A stretch of 63,894 bases of DNA, filler included, from Acidimicrobiia bacterium (GTDB taxonomy: Bacteria > Actinomycetota > Acidimicrobiia > Spongiisociales > JAHEDJ01), in NCBI GenBank assembly GCA_029210695.1. It is 11 parts of 11 records of this genome, joined end to end, with 100 filler letters (N's around TTAATTAATTAA, not from the genome) between each part and the next. Parts side by side here need not be neighbours in the genome. Positions count along the whole stretch, not along the records: positions 5,528 to 22,849 come from JARGFH010000010.1; positions 22,950 to 28,323 come from JARGFH010000110.1; positions 28,424 to 33,523 come from JARGFH010000111.1; 8 more parts are not named here. One strand, 5' to 3'. Position numbers and translations under genes: made by a program. Shown here in pieces: positions 18,621 through 30,852 of the stretch. The notes beneath the pieces were generated by a model, which worked only from the letters and a program-made list of their open reading frames with translations, was not told the origin of the DNA and made no database searches. How positions within the stretch are numbered: the stretch's first letter is position 1; each line of letters opens with the position of its first letter.

Positions 18621-19349
18621 TCAGACGACGCAGAAGATCCGTGAGGTCGGTGCGAGGATCATGCCCTCTGTACACGGGTAGACGACCCGCTGATGGATGG
18701 ACAGGTGCCCGGCGGAGACCGTCGCATCGGCGAAGAACGGAGTCGGTGCGGCGCTGGCCGTTCTGGGTTGCGTCGTAGAAGTCGTCGGGGGTGCCGTCGT
18801 TGTGGTTGTCGCCGCAGGTGGCGGTGCGGTGGTAGTCGTGGTGGCTCCGGGTCCAGTGGTGGTGGTCGTGGTCGGTGGTGCCGTCGTTGTCGTTGTCGGT
18901 GGACTCACCAACCCGTCCGGGCCGAGCATGAACACCACGGTGATGTAGAGGTTGCCGTCGGGAGCTCGATCGGCTCCGATTCCAATGTAATTGTAGTTGC
19001 CGAGGATGTTCGCCCGATGACCCGACGAATCCATGAAGGCACTGTGGAGACGATCGACGTTGGGTCCCACACCGACGTTTTCTCCCAGTGAGGACCAACC
19101 GGAGGTCACGCCGGCCAGATTGGGGTTGTGCGAGATTTCGCCGGCACCGATCATCACCGCGGTCCATGCCCGGGCGTCGTCCGTGAGGTCCCAGTAGACC
19201 TGGAGGGTGTTCTGGCCGTTGGCTACTCGCTCCGCGTTGATCAGTGCGACCATCGAGGACTCGTCTGAGGAAGCGGCGCCGGCAATGCCCGCCGATCCTA
19301 CAACAGCTACCGCCAGAAGCAGCCATGCAATGAATATCCGTCGAAACAT
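18621..19349 (-). CDS. Secreted CAP/SCP-domain protein with Thr/Pro-rich tail
   Basis: Signal peptide; INAER, GENVG, FMDSSGHRANIL, IGIG. Confidence 0.88.
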   Translation of the reverse strand: MFRRIFIAWLLLAVAVVGSAGIAGAASSDESSMVALINAERVANGQNTLQVYWDLTDDARAWTAVMIGAGEISHNPNLAGVTSGWSSLGENVGVGPNVDRLHSAFMDSSGHRANILGNYNYIGIGADRAPDGNLYITVVFMLGPDGLVSPPTTTTTAPPTTTTTTGPGATTTTTAPPPAATTTTTAPPTTSTTQPRTASAAPTPFFADATVSAGHLSIHQRVVYPCTEGMILAPTSRIFCVV

Positions 19350-19378
19350 GATTCGGTTCTCCGCCTGTGTCCCGTTAG

Positions 19379-19405
19379 GTATCGGCAGGATTCAGGAGGA
19401 CTTGA
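19379..19405 (-). promoter_or_regulatory. Sigma28/WhiG-like promoter of the CAP gene
   Basis: TCAA-N15-GCCGATAC about 30 nt before the ATG. Confidence 0.55.
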
Positions 19406-19411
19406 CCGCTA

Positions 19412-20332
19412 TCAGTGGTCGAAACCGAACATAACCTCACGGAGGTTTACGCGCTGAACGCGGTGGTCTAGCGGGTCGACTCGAAGGGAGCCGAGGCGGA
19501 GTCCTTGCATCCCCTCACCACAGTTAGTGATTACCCGCAGCACATCTTCCTCGTATTGGAGGGCACCGAGTCCGAGGCAGCGCCCTTCTCCGTCCTGCAC
19601 GCCGACCAGCATGCCGTCGAGCCTGGCGAAATCAAGGCCGGCTGAGATAGTGGGCGCAAAGACGGTTGGACGGACGCGCCACCGCTCGAGCGGAGCTTTG
19701 AAGGCCTTGGCGAACGCCTGCTGCCGGCGTTCGGAGAGCACCTCCGGTGACACCGGAACGACATCGGGGTGGACGGGCAGTGTCTCGACCCTGGCGGCGA
19801 AGAACCGGCGTAGCATCCCGACGATCGGTTCCATTTCGGCGCCACGCTGTAGTGCCACAACGAGCTCCGGCCGGCACAGCTCCATCTTGTGGTATTTGAG
19901 GGTCTGACCGACCACGCCGGAGACCGCTCCGGTGGTATCGATGACGACGAGATTTGCCGAGCGGCGAGCAACGTCCACCAGTGTGGCTGTGGCGAGGACC
20001 TGTTGGAGAACCATTCGTTCGGGGCTCGTTGATCCAACGAAGCGGAGGTCATCAGCTGTGGACAGATCGGCCAGGTCTTCGGCGGTGTTGACCAACCGGA
20101 GCCCAACACAGGCGGGCGGTCCGACGGTGCTCTGGCCAACGTCGGCGTCCACATAGCCGATCGATCGGCCGGCCCGGATGCCTTCGCTCATGATCTGATG
20201 GGCAAGCGTCGTCTTCCCGGTATCCGGTGCACCGACAAGCATCACTACGCCACCGGTCTCGGCAATGTCTGCTGCGAGTTGGGCATGAAGCTGTTCCGAC
20301 ACAACGACATGGTACTTGGCCACTCGGCGCAT
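19412..20332 (-). CDS. Clp1/Grc3-family polynucleotide 5'-kinase
   Basis: Walker A GAPDTGKTT, DADVGQSTVGPP, VIDTTG, lid RRQQAF. Confidence 0.85.
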   Translation of the reverse strand: MRRVAKYHVVVSEQLHAQLAADIAETGGVVMLVGAPDTGKTTLAHQIMSEGIRAGRSIGYVDADVGQSTVGPPACVGLRLVNTAEDLADLSTADDLRFVGSTSPERMVLQQVLATATLVDVARRSANLVVIDTTGAVSGVVGQTLKYHKMELCRPELVVALQRGAEMEPIVGMLRRFFAARVETLPVHPDVVPVSPEVLSERRQQAFAKAFKAPLERWRVRPTVFAPTISAGLDFARLDGMLVGVQDGEGRCLGLGALQYEEDVLRVITNCGEGMQGLRLGSLRVDPLDHRVQRVNLREVMFGFDH

Positions 20333-20394
20333 GAATCATTGCCTATTGCCTATTGCCTATTGCCGTACGCGGCGTCCCCTCTAGGCTTCGGCCG

Positions 20395-21207
20395 ATGTCC
20401 GAACCTCTCCCCATCTCCTTTCTCTCCGATTTCGGACTCGACGATGAGTTCGTCGGGATTGTCCATGGCGTCATCGCCCGCATCGCACCGCAGGTACGCG
20501 TGATCGACGTCAGCCATGGCGTACCGCGCGGCGACGTCAGGTCCGGTGCGCTGTCCCTGATGCGAGCCATCCAATACCTGCCGGAGGGCGTAGCGCTGGC
20601 CGTCGTCGATCCGGGCGTTGGGACTGAACGAAGGGCCATCGCCGCGGAGACCCGGTGGGGCTACTTCGTCGGGCCGGACAACGGGTTATTGTCGCCGGCT
20701 GCGGCGATGGTCGGTGGGTCGTTGAGGGCGGTCACCATCGAGAATCCCGAACTCGTCCTGCCTTCTTCGGGAGCGACGTTTGATGGTCGCGATCGGTTCG
20801 CTCCGGCTGCGGCCGTGCTGGCTTCGGGACAGGCGACGCTGGATGAGCTCGGACCTGCGGTGCACCCCGATGACATCATGCCGATGATGCTGCCGCTTCC
20901 CAAGGTGGGCGATACGGCAGTCGAAGGAGAGGCGTGGTGGGTCGACGCCTTCGGCAACGTCCAACTCAATGCCGGCCCGGACGAACTCCGGCAGATCGGC
21001 GTCTCCGTTGGGGAGACAGTCGATGTGGTCGTTGGTCCGCTCAAGCGCAGCGCCACCTGGGTTCGGTCCTACGGCGACGTTGCCGAAGGTGCGCCGCTCC
21101 TCCACGTCGACTCGACGGGGATGCTGGCGCTGGCGGTTCGTGGTGGCAGCGCTGCCGATTTCTTCGTGCTGCGGTCGGGCAGCCGGGTCATGCTCAGGAA
21201 GCCATGA
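20395..21207 (+). CDS. DUF62 SAM hydrolase/halogenase-family protein
   Basis: SFLSDFGLDD, VVDPGVGTERR, GPDNGLL, TFDGRD, VDAFGN. Confidence 0.9.
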   Translation: MSEPLPISFLSDFGLDDEFVGIVHGVIARIAPQVRVIDVSHGVPRGDVRSGALSLMRAIQYLPEGVALAVVDPGVGTERRAIAAETRWGYFVGPDNGLLSPAAAMVGGSLRAVTIENPELVLPSSGATFDGRDRFAPAAAVLASGQATLDELGPAVHPDDIMPMMLPLPKVGDTAVEGEAWWVDAFGNVQLNAGPDELRQIGVSVGETVDVVVGPLKRSATWVRSYGDVAEGAPLLHVDSTGMLALAVRGGSAADFFVLRSGSRVMLRKP

Positions 21208-21286
21208 TCTGACTGATCTGCACAACGGCAGCGATCAGGATGATGGCGAGCAGCACGATGATGGCGATGGTGGTTCCGGGGCGCAT
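21194..21286 (-). CDS. 30-aa single-TM small protein (below the ORF-track cutoff)
   Basis: MRPGTTIAIIVLLAIILIAAVVQISQIMAS; TATGCT -10-like hexamer just upstream. Confidence 0.55.
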   Translation of the reverse strand: MRPGTTIAIIVLLAIILIAAVVQISQIMAS

Positions 21287-21472
21287 CGGAGGTGCAGCAT
21301 ACCTTCGACGCGTTGAGACCTCCCCGAAGGGAGGTCTCAACCAGAAGGGCCACTCCAACTTCCGCCGCAGGGGCGGGCTGGGAGGCTTTCCTCTTACAAC
21401 TTCGGACGTGAACGTGCCCTTGGTTGTAGGGTGCGACGGTCGCCGTCGTGGCCCCTCAATCGAGCACCAAAG

Positions 21473-21790
21473 ATGCTCGACGTCGCGAATATCGGTTTCG
21501 TAGGTGGGAACTTGAGATCTTTTTTTGTCGATTTCCTGACCAGGCAGCAGTGTGGTCTATGTCGGACCGCCGCGCCAGTCATTTTGCGCGTGGCAGTTAT
21601 AGCACGTGCGGAGGTGAGTGTACGCGATGTGACGACCGACGACGAGTTGTTCGATCGGTATGAACATCGAATTCCGGTCGTACTCGGCCCTGATGGGCGG
21701 GTCCTGGCGGAGGGACAGATCAGCTTCTGGGCGCTGCTGGGCTCCGTCTTGAGGGCGCGCGCCAGGTGGGCAGTGGGCAGTAGGCAGTAG
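21473..21790 (+). CDS. Glutaredoxin-like protein (DUF836); start may be TTG at 21512
   Basis: TRQQCGLC CxxC motif; DELFDRYEHRIPVV. Confidence 0.75.
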   Translation: MLDVANIGFVGGNLRSFFVDFLTRQQCGLCRTAAPVILRVAVIARAEVSVRDVTTDDELFDRYEHRIPVVLGPDGRVLAEGQISFWALLGSVLRARARWAVGSRQ

Positions 21791-21805
21791 GCAGTAGGGG
21801 GGAAG

Positions 21806-21969
21806 GTCCAGGACATCGTTGGCGGTTTGTAGACCGTCTATGGGGTTCAGGACATCGTTGGTAGTGGGCCGGGGAGGTGGTCGAGGAGTCCGTTGGGGGC
21901 TGGCGGGTGGAGGGGTTCGATGTTGCTGGGCGTGATGGGGTAGTCGTGACGTTGGGCGAGTTTGCCGCG
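21806..21969 (-). mobile_element. IS481-like end remnant
   Basis: Repeated CAGGACATCGTTGG boxes; a similar end lies at 43353-43420. Confidence 0.45.
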
Positions 21970-22772
21970 TGTCATGATTTGTGGGACAGGTCATTGTTGG
22001 GACCTGATCTGAAGGAGAGTCATGTCGAAGCCTCCGTTGAAGTCTGTGGAGGAGAAGACCCGGATTGTGTTGGCTGTTTTGCGTGGTGAGGTCACGATTG
22101 CTGCGGCAGCACGTCGTGAAGGGGTATCAGAGACCACGATCGCGAAGTGGCGGGACCGGTTCCTAGATGGTGGCCAGGCGGCGATCGCGGCGGGTGGCCG
22201 TGTCGGCGGTTCGAGCCGGGAGCAGCGACTCCAGGCCGACATTGAGGAGCTGACCTCGGCGTTGGGTGAAGCACATGTGGAGCTTCGTTTGTGGCGTAAA
22301 GGGGGGGCTCTTTACCCGGCTTCGAGGAGCTCGAAACGGCACGGCGGGACGCCAACATGACGGTCACCCGGTTTTGTCAACGTCTGGGGATTCCTCGTTC
22401 GTCGTGGTATCGGTGGCGGGCGACGAGCACCGACACCAAGGGTCCGTGGCCGACACCGGCCCAAGACGCTGTCGAAATCGATGCAAAGGTACTCGCTTCC
22501 GATTGGGATGGGTGGGGGCATCGCAAGCTCGCCGAGTTGAAACGGGTCGGCATCGACGAGATCGACCCCGGGCCGGTGTCGGACTCGACCATGTATCGGG
22601 TCCTAGCCCGTAATGGGCTGTGTCTACCGGCCAATTACACCCATGAGGTCCGTCTCTTGGCAGGACTCCGTAAAGAGACGTTCATTACCCCACCAACGAG
22701 GCGGAACCGGTTGTGGCAGGCCGACTTCTCCGAATACGAAACGTCTGGGGCCGGCACCTGGAATCTGGGTGG
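21970..22772 (+). mobile_element. IS3-like element (orfA 22022-22360, orfB from about 22357), interrupted
   Basis: TGT terminus; HTH orfA; AAAGGGGGGG slippery site at 22298-22307; orfB NRLWQADFSE. Confidence 0.8.
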
Positions 22773-22849
22773 TGAACCGCCCTGGGTTTGATGGAGACTC
22801 GGTTGTTTGGTTTCCAAGTCATCCGGTAGTGGTCAGTTGAGCGTAGTGA
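22773..22849. mobile_element. Terminus of a second IS3-family element inserted in the first
   Basis: TGAACCGCCCTGGGTTTGATGGAGACT, an IS6110-like inverted repeat. Confidence 0.75.
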
Positions 22850-22949
22850 NNNNNNNNNNNNNNNNNNNNNNNNNNNNNNNNNNNNNNNNNNNNTTAATTA
22901 ATTAANNNNNNNNNNNNNNNNNNNNNNNNNNNNNNNNNNNNNNNNNNNN

Positions 22950-23026
22950 GGCGCCTGCAGTTTCTTTGACATAACTCCATCCTCGCTTCCAAGGTAAAGA
23001 GTCTCCAAGAATCCCAGGGCGATACA
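22950..23026 (-). mobile_element. IS3-family left end
   Basis: Reverse complement TGTATCGCCCTGGGATTCTTGGAGACT...GAGGATGGAGTTATG; related ends at 28424-28500 and 30185-30235. Confidence 0.75.
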
Positions 23027-23042
23027 CAACTATTGATTCAGA

Positions 23043-25761
<2,719 letters not shown>

Positions 25762-25780
25762 GGTCACATGATCTGCCCAA

Positions 25781-25796
25781 TTCTGGATTTTGTCAA
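25781..25796 (-). promoter_or_regulatory. furA -35 region and FurA operator
   Basis: TTGACAAAATCCAGAA resembles the mycobacterial furA operator. Confidence 0.6.
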
Positions 25797-25945
25797 ATAT
25801 TGGCCCTAGCCCACCTGTTGGGAGCGCGAGGAAATCGCCGCAGGGACGTGCCGGAGCTACGTCTCGCTCAGTGATCCGCGGACTGTCGGCGCCGGTGAGT
25901 AGCTTGAAGGCCTCGTATTGCCTAGCCGGCTTCATCTCTCGAATC

Positions 25946-26001
25946 ACAACAGAACTAACCCAATATGGTCTGGCCGACCAGAGCCCAACTCCCGATCTCC
26001 G
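25946..26001. repeat. Direct repeat copy 1, downstream of the cassette ORF
   Basis: ACAACAGAACTAACCCAA...GCCGACCAGAG..CCCAACTCCCGATCTCCG. Confidence 0.85.
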
Positions 26002-26003
26002 GC

Positions 26004-27296
26004 TCACGGCAGGATGGCGTCGAGGAGGCGTTCGGCCGACACTTCGCCGAACACGGTGACGACGAAGGCGATGGTGGGGATGAGCAATCCCGCCGCGGTT
26101 CGGAGGAGGTTGTTGGTGGTGGTGACGGTCGCGGGGGCGTCGCGGATCCTGTCGTGGAGGAAGAGCAGATCCCGGAGTTCCTCCGACTCCTGTGTTGACA
26201 GGTTGGTGTAGCGCGGTCCGAACGCGTCGATACGCCGTTGCAGTCCCTGCAGTCGCTGGTTTCGGCTCCGCTCGACGATCTTGCGAACGCTCGCCGCGTA
26301 TCTGAAGGCCAGGGCGAAGGTAGAAACGTAGCCGATCGCCACGAACCCGACCGCCATCGGTAGCACCAGCGCCGAGTCCCATCCCACCAGCACCACCGTC
26401 AGCACCAGAAAGAGAGTGGTCCACATCCCGGCCGTGAACGCTTGCCAAATTGTCCTTCGCATCGCCTTGCGGATCTCGGGCGAGTCGGCCGGACTCGGCC
26501 AGAAGAGCTGGTGGTCGTACCTGGCCTGGCGAGACATCGTGACCCAGTTGAGGAGGGTGTTGCTCCAGATGGGTAGTGTCCCGAAATCGTAGAGCAGCAG
26601 AGCCAGCAGAACGATGCTCCCGGCGGGAAGGTCGCCCAGGGCGGTTGGGGCAAACAGCCAGGAGGCCAGCAGCATGACGGCCGCCACCGCCACCCCGGCA
26701 GTCGCCACCACCGGCAGCCGGTACAGACGCCGGGTGAGGCCGGCCAGGTCACGCAGGTCGGACTCCCGGGCGATTGTTGGGATCAGCGCCGTCCAGTCCT
26801 CCAGCAACGGCTTCAACCGTGGCGGCACAGGGTCGTCAAAAACCGGCCAGAGGAGCGCCAAGATGACGTCGATCAGACCGTAGAGCACAAGGATCGCCGC
26901 CCACCGTCCCCAGGGGATCCCGGTCCACTGTCCGGCTAGGGCGGTAGCGAGAACCACGACGGCCAGCCTGATACCAAACCCCGTCAGCCCGTACAGCGCC
27001 GCGGCTCCTGTAGTCCGCGGTGCCAGCCCGAGGCGCCGCCGAATACGATCGCTCAGGCTGCGCAAGACCAACTCAGGGCCAACGATCCAGAGCTTGCGGA
27101 GGTTCTCCACCAGGGTGTCGAACGCCTCGGTACGTTCGGGCCGAAACTCGCGTTGAATCCCGGACGGGGTTTGCGGTAGCACAGGCTCGGTGCCCGCCTC
27201 CGCAGCGGCATTCCCCACCATCTCCGACATGGAATCGGTCGGCTGTGTCCCTCCCGGGGCTTGTGGCGTCGTTGCCACGAACCACCTCCGCGCCAC
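26004..27296 (-). CDS. Hypothetical multi-pass membrane protein (start uncertain)
   Basis: 430-aa ORF with about 7 TM helices filling the space between the repeats. Confidence 0.75.
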   Translation of the reverse strand: MARRWFVATTPQAPGGTQPTDSMSEMVGNAAAEAGTEPVLPQTPSGIQREFRPERTEAFDTLVENLRKLWIVGPELVLRSLSDRIRRRLGLAPRTTGAAALYGLTGFGIRLAVVVLATALAGQWTGIPWGRWAAILVLYGLIDVILALLWPVFDDPVPPRLKPLLEDWTALIPTIARESDLRDLAGLTRRLYRLPVVATAGVAVAAVMLLASWLFAPTALGDLPAGSIVLLALLLYDFGTLPIWSNTLLNWVTMSRQARYDHQLFWPSPADSPEIRKAMRRTIWQAFTAGMWTTLFLVLTVVLVGWDSALVLPMAVGFVAIGYVSTFALAFRYAASVRKIVERSRNQRLQGLQRRIDAFGPRYTNLSTQESEELRDLLFLHDRIRDAPATVTTTNNLLRTAAGLLIPTIAFVVTVFGEVSAERLLDAILP

Positions 27297-27327
27297 CTAC
27301 GTCGGTGCCTCTCGACCTAGCTCCGCA

Positions 27328-27391
27328 ACAACAGAACTAACCCAAGCGGTGCAAGCCGACCAGAGGAAAAGGACCCAACTTCCGATCTCCG
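27328..27391. repeat. Direct repeat copy 2, upstream of the cassette ORF
   Basis: ACAACAGAACTAACCCAA...GCCGACCAGAG...CCCAACTTCCGATCTCCG. Confidence 0.85.
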
Positions 27392-27415
27392 ACAGTCGGG
27401 TTTCGCCGCCGCAAT

Positions 27416-28247
27416 GAGGCTCTTATGGTGTCAAGTGGTGGTTTTCGCGATCTTGGTTTGGTTGTCAAGGTGCGGTGCGGGGTGGGCGGACACGACAGGG
27501 TTGGGCCACTGGCGTTGAGGGCATGCTCTTATTAGGTCACGCTGTCCCGCTGCTGGTGGTGAGAGCGGGGTGGGGCGGGCAGTTCATTGGTTGGACAGCC
27601 CGGTTGGGGCGTCGGCCGGTTCGGGGGCCACGCCCCTCCCTGCAGGTTTTTGGGTGTTAGGCGACGGGGAGGTGTTTGAACACTTCCCGAGCCACGTAGC
27701 GTTTCAACATCCGGACGGTCTCGCCGATCGATTTGCCTTCCTTGCTGCGTCGTTCCACATACCGTTTGGTGTCGGGGTCGGATGCGAGGCGGCTAAGGAC
27801 CACCTGATAGAGGGCATGGTTGGCTTGCCGGTTGCCGCCTCGGTTGAGTCGATGCCGGATCACCTTGCCCGACGAGGCCGGCAGTGGCGCTACCCCGCAG
27901 AGGTGAGCGAACGCGGCTTCGCTTTTCAGCCGTTCCGGGTTGTCCCCGGCAGCGACGAGGAGGATGGCGGCGTTGTCGACCCCGACCCCGTAGACGTTGA
28001 GCAGGTTGGGGGCGGCGGCGTTGATCAGGGGAGGCAGCATGTGGCGGATCTGGCTGATCTGGGCATCGAGTAGTTGCACCCGCTGCGCCAACGTCTTGAG
28101 CGCCACCTTGGTGGCGTAGGTGACCACGTCACCGTTGTCTCGAGGACGCAAGGCGGCGGTCTGGTTCACCAGTTGGGTTTTGGAGAGCCCGAAGAACCGT
28201 TCCCGCAGCGGCTGGGGGGCGGTGAATACCAGATGCCGCATCTGCAC
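27416..28247 (-). mobile_element. IS110-family element, 3' part (recombinase C-terminus 27657-28247 plus noncoding end)
   Basis: SEAAFAHLCGVAPLPASSG, RLNRGGNRQAN, LKRYVARE; end reads CTTGACACCATAAGAGCCTC. Confidence 0.9.
27484..27636 (+). ncRNA. Putative IS110 bridge RNA, antisense to the recombinase
   Basis: Two stem/internal-loop modules: GCGGACACGACAG...GCTCTTATTAGGTCACGC and GGGGCGGGCAGTTCATTG...GGCCACGCCCC. Confidence 0.65.
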
Positions 28248-28323
28248 CGGGCGTGTCAGATCCTCTGTGTAAGAGGGGTGGCCTGACATAGTGACCCTGG
28301 CGGTTGGAGTCGGGGTCCGTGGA
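28248..28323 (+). mobile_element. IS256-like terminus inserted in the IS110 recombinase
   Basis: GGGCGTGTCAGATCCTCTGTGTAAG terminal sequence at the contig edge. Confidence 0.55.
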
Positions 28324-28501
28324 NNNNNNNNNNNNNNNNNNNNNNNNNNNNNNNNNNNNNNNNNNNNTTAATTAATTAANNNNNNNNNNNNNNNNNNNNN
28401 NNNNNNNNNNNNNNNNNNNNNNNGTCCCATCACCCTGATAATCCATAACTCCATCCTCGCTTCCAAGCTCCGGAGTCTCCAACTCTCCCAGGGCGATTCA
28501 C

Positions 28502-30044
28502 AGCTGACGCAGTAGAGGATGTGGTTGGGCGTTTGGTCGCGGTGGGCGGCTTATTTAGGTCCAGCGACGAGGTGGCTCAGGTGGAGTTCCGTCGCTTCGT
28601 GGCCGATATTGGGTTGGCACCTGGGTTGGGGGGTATCGGATATATGCCGATCGTGCGGGTCGAGGACCTTGACGGGTTTGTAGCCGAGATGCGGGAAACG
28701 ATCCCCGCCTATTCGGTGTTCGAACTCGACGCAGAGGGTGGGCGGATTCCGGTCGGGGAACGTCCCGAATATGTACCGGTGCAGTGGTTTGAGCCGTCCG
28801 AGGCGTTCGACCAGCCGCACGGGTTCGATTCGATGTCGCAACTCGACCGTCTCACTGCCCTGGAGCGTGCCCGGACCACCCATGAGGTGGCGGCGACCCC
28901 GTTCGTGCGGTTGGTTTCGGAGACCGAATCGGATGGGTTCTTGATGTACTGGCCGGTCATCGATCCCGACACCGACGCGGTGGTGGGGTTCACGGTAGCG
29001 CCGATGGATCTGAGCGAACTGCTCCGCGGTCACCACTCGGCGACCCTCTCCAGCCTGGTCGATTGGGAAGTCAGCGACATCACCACCGGCTCGTCTCGGG
29101 GAGAAGCCGAAGGGGTTTGGGTGGGGAGTCTGGAGGTGGGGGGCCGCCGGTGGGAGATCACCGTCACCCCGAAACCCTCTTCGGGCATGATCCCTGACCC
29201 GACCGGGGCGCTGCTGGTCCTGTTTGTTGGCCTGGCGGCGTCTGGTCTGGCCACCGGCGGGATCTTCTTGTACCGGCAGCGGTCACATGCCCGACAGGAA
29301 CTGGAGGTCCTCCAGGAGCTCACCCGGGCCAGGGATCAGTTCTTGGCGTCGGTCAGCCACGAGCTCCGCACCCCTTTGACCGGGGTGCTCGGTTTTGCCG
29401 AACTGTTGCGGGAGGGCCACGGCGTGTTGAGCGACGAGGAGCGTCTATCGATGATCTCCAGTGTCGCTGAGGAAGCTACCGACCTTTCCCATATCATCGA
29501 TGACCTGTTGGTGTCGGCTCGTTCCGAGCTCGACCTGCTGGTGGTGACCCGGGTGCCTGTGGCGGCCCGAGCCCAGGTTGCCCAAGTGCTCGAAGCGGCC
29601 GGGTCCGATACCGGCGCCCGGGTCGAGGTGATCGCCGGCCTGGAAGGAGCCGACAGGGCGTCTGGGGATCCCGGTCGGGTCAGACAGATTCTCCGTAACT
29701 TGATCAGCAACGCCTGCCGTTATGGGGGCGACCGGATCCAGGTCCGGTTGGGTGCCACCGACCAGCGGGTCCACATCCAGGTAGCTGACAACGGGCCTGG
29801 GATCCCAGCCGAGGAATGGGAACGGATCTTCGAGCCCTATTATCGAGCTCATCCAGGGGAGAGCCAACCCGCCGCGCTCGGTATTGGGCTCAGTGTGGCC
29901 CGCCACCTCGCCCGGTTGATGGAGGGGGACCTTACTTACCGGCGACAAGACCACTGGAGTGTCTTCGACCTCGAGCTACCGGCCGCAAGGACCCCCGAAG
30001 CCGAACGCATCCCACCCCAGACCGCCAAGGTCAACAGCCGCTAG
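28502..30044 (+). pseudogene. CHASE-domain sensor histidine kinase, 5' end cut by an IS3
   Basis: ERPEYVPVQWFEP..GFD CHASE segment; SHELRTPL, NLISNA, DNGPGI, GIGLS; no N-terminal TM; abuts an IS end. Confidence 0.75.
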
Positions 30045-30235
30045 TTCGACTGGCCGGGACCGATCCACCGGGAACGCTGGGCACCACCCGCCGGGCCGCC
30101 CCCGAATCTGGCTGTCAGAGGGGAGCCGGATGTCCACCCCCGGAACCCGTACCAGGAGACCCCAGTCAGGGTTCGGCGGCTACCTGACTCCATCCTCCCA
30201 AGGATCGGAGCCTCCGGAAAACCCGGATCGATTCA

Positions 30236-30600
30236 ATGGTGGCCTCTTCGGATATCTCGATCACGACCCGCCGCAAAGGTAGCCGGTGGAACCAGTCAAC
30301 ATGTGCCAGCGAGCTTGCTGTTTCGGGGGAGACGTTGACACTCAAGAACGCCTCGGCGGGGATCTGGGGGAGGTGCATTACCGCGGTGTGGATGGCAGCT
30401 AGTTCCAGGTCGGCGCCCAGACCCGTCCGGGCCGCTTCCCGGAACCAGACGTCGGGTGCGACCGGGAGATCGAAACGGGCCAACGCTTCAAACCCGACCA
30501 CCCGTTTAGTTCCCACCAGCCAGGCACCCAGATCGAAGATCGGCTGGAACTGGACGGCCAAACCCTCCCCGCCCAACACGTCGCGGATCCCAGCTTCGAT
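30236..30600 (-). pseudogene. EAL phosphodiesterase fragment truncated by an IS3 end remnant
   Basis: FQPIFDL, GFEALARF, LSVNVSP, VIEISE, then IS3-type inverted repeat; no DDFG motif. Confidence 0.8.
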
Positions 30601-30852
30601 ATCGAAAATAGGTTCACTACCGGGAAGGTCGGCGACACAAACAACTAGTCAAAGAACGAGACGGACGCCGAAACCGCTACCACATCCAAGAACATCTTCC
30701 ACTGATGGCGGTACATATGTACGGCCCCGGCGATGAGGCAACCCCCGTCCGGCGGTGTGGTTGAGCCACCTGTCAGAGGCGGGAGTCGATGATGGCGTTC
30801 CGGTGTTCTTCGCGCCGCGGTCCGGGGGTTCGAGTCTGGGTAGTCTGGGGCG

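Noticed and set aside
7276..21207. Organohalogen pathway (dehalogenase + crcB + DUF62)
   Set aside because: Genes are separated by unrelated operons, and DUF62 lacks the fluorinase/chlorinase signature
25946..27391. Canonical integron attC sites or a CRISPR array
   Set aside because: No attC palindrome with RYYYAAC/GTTRRRY ends; spacing is gene-sized and no cas genes are present
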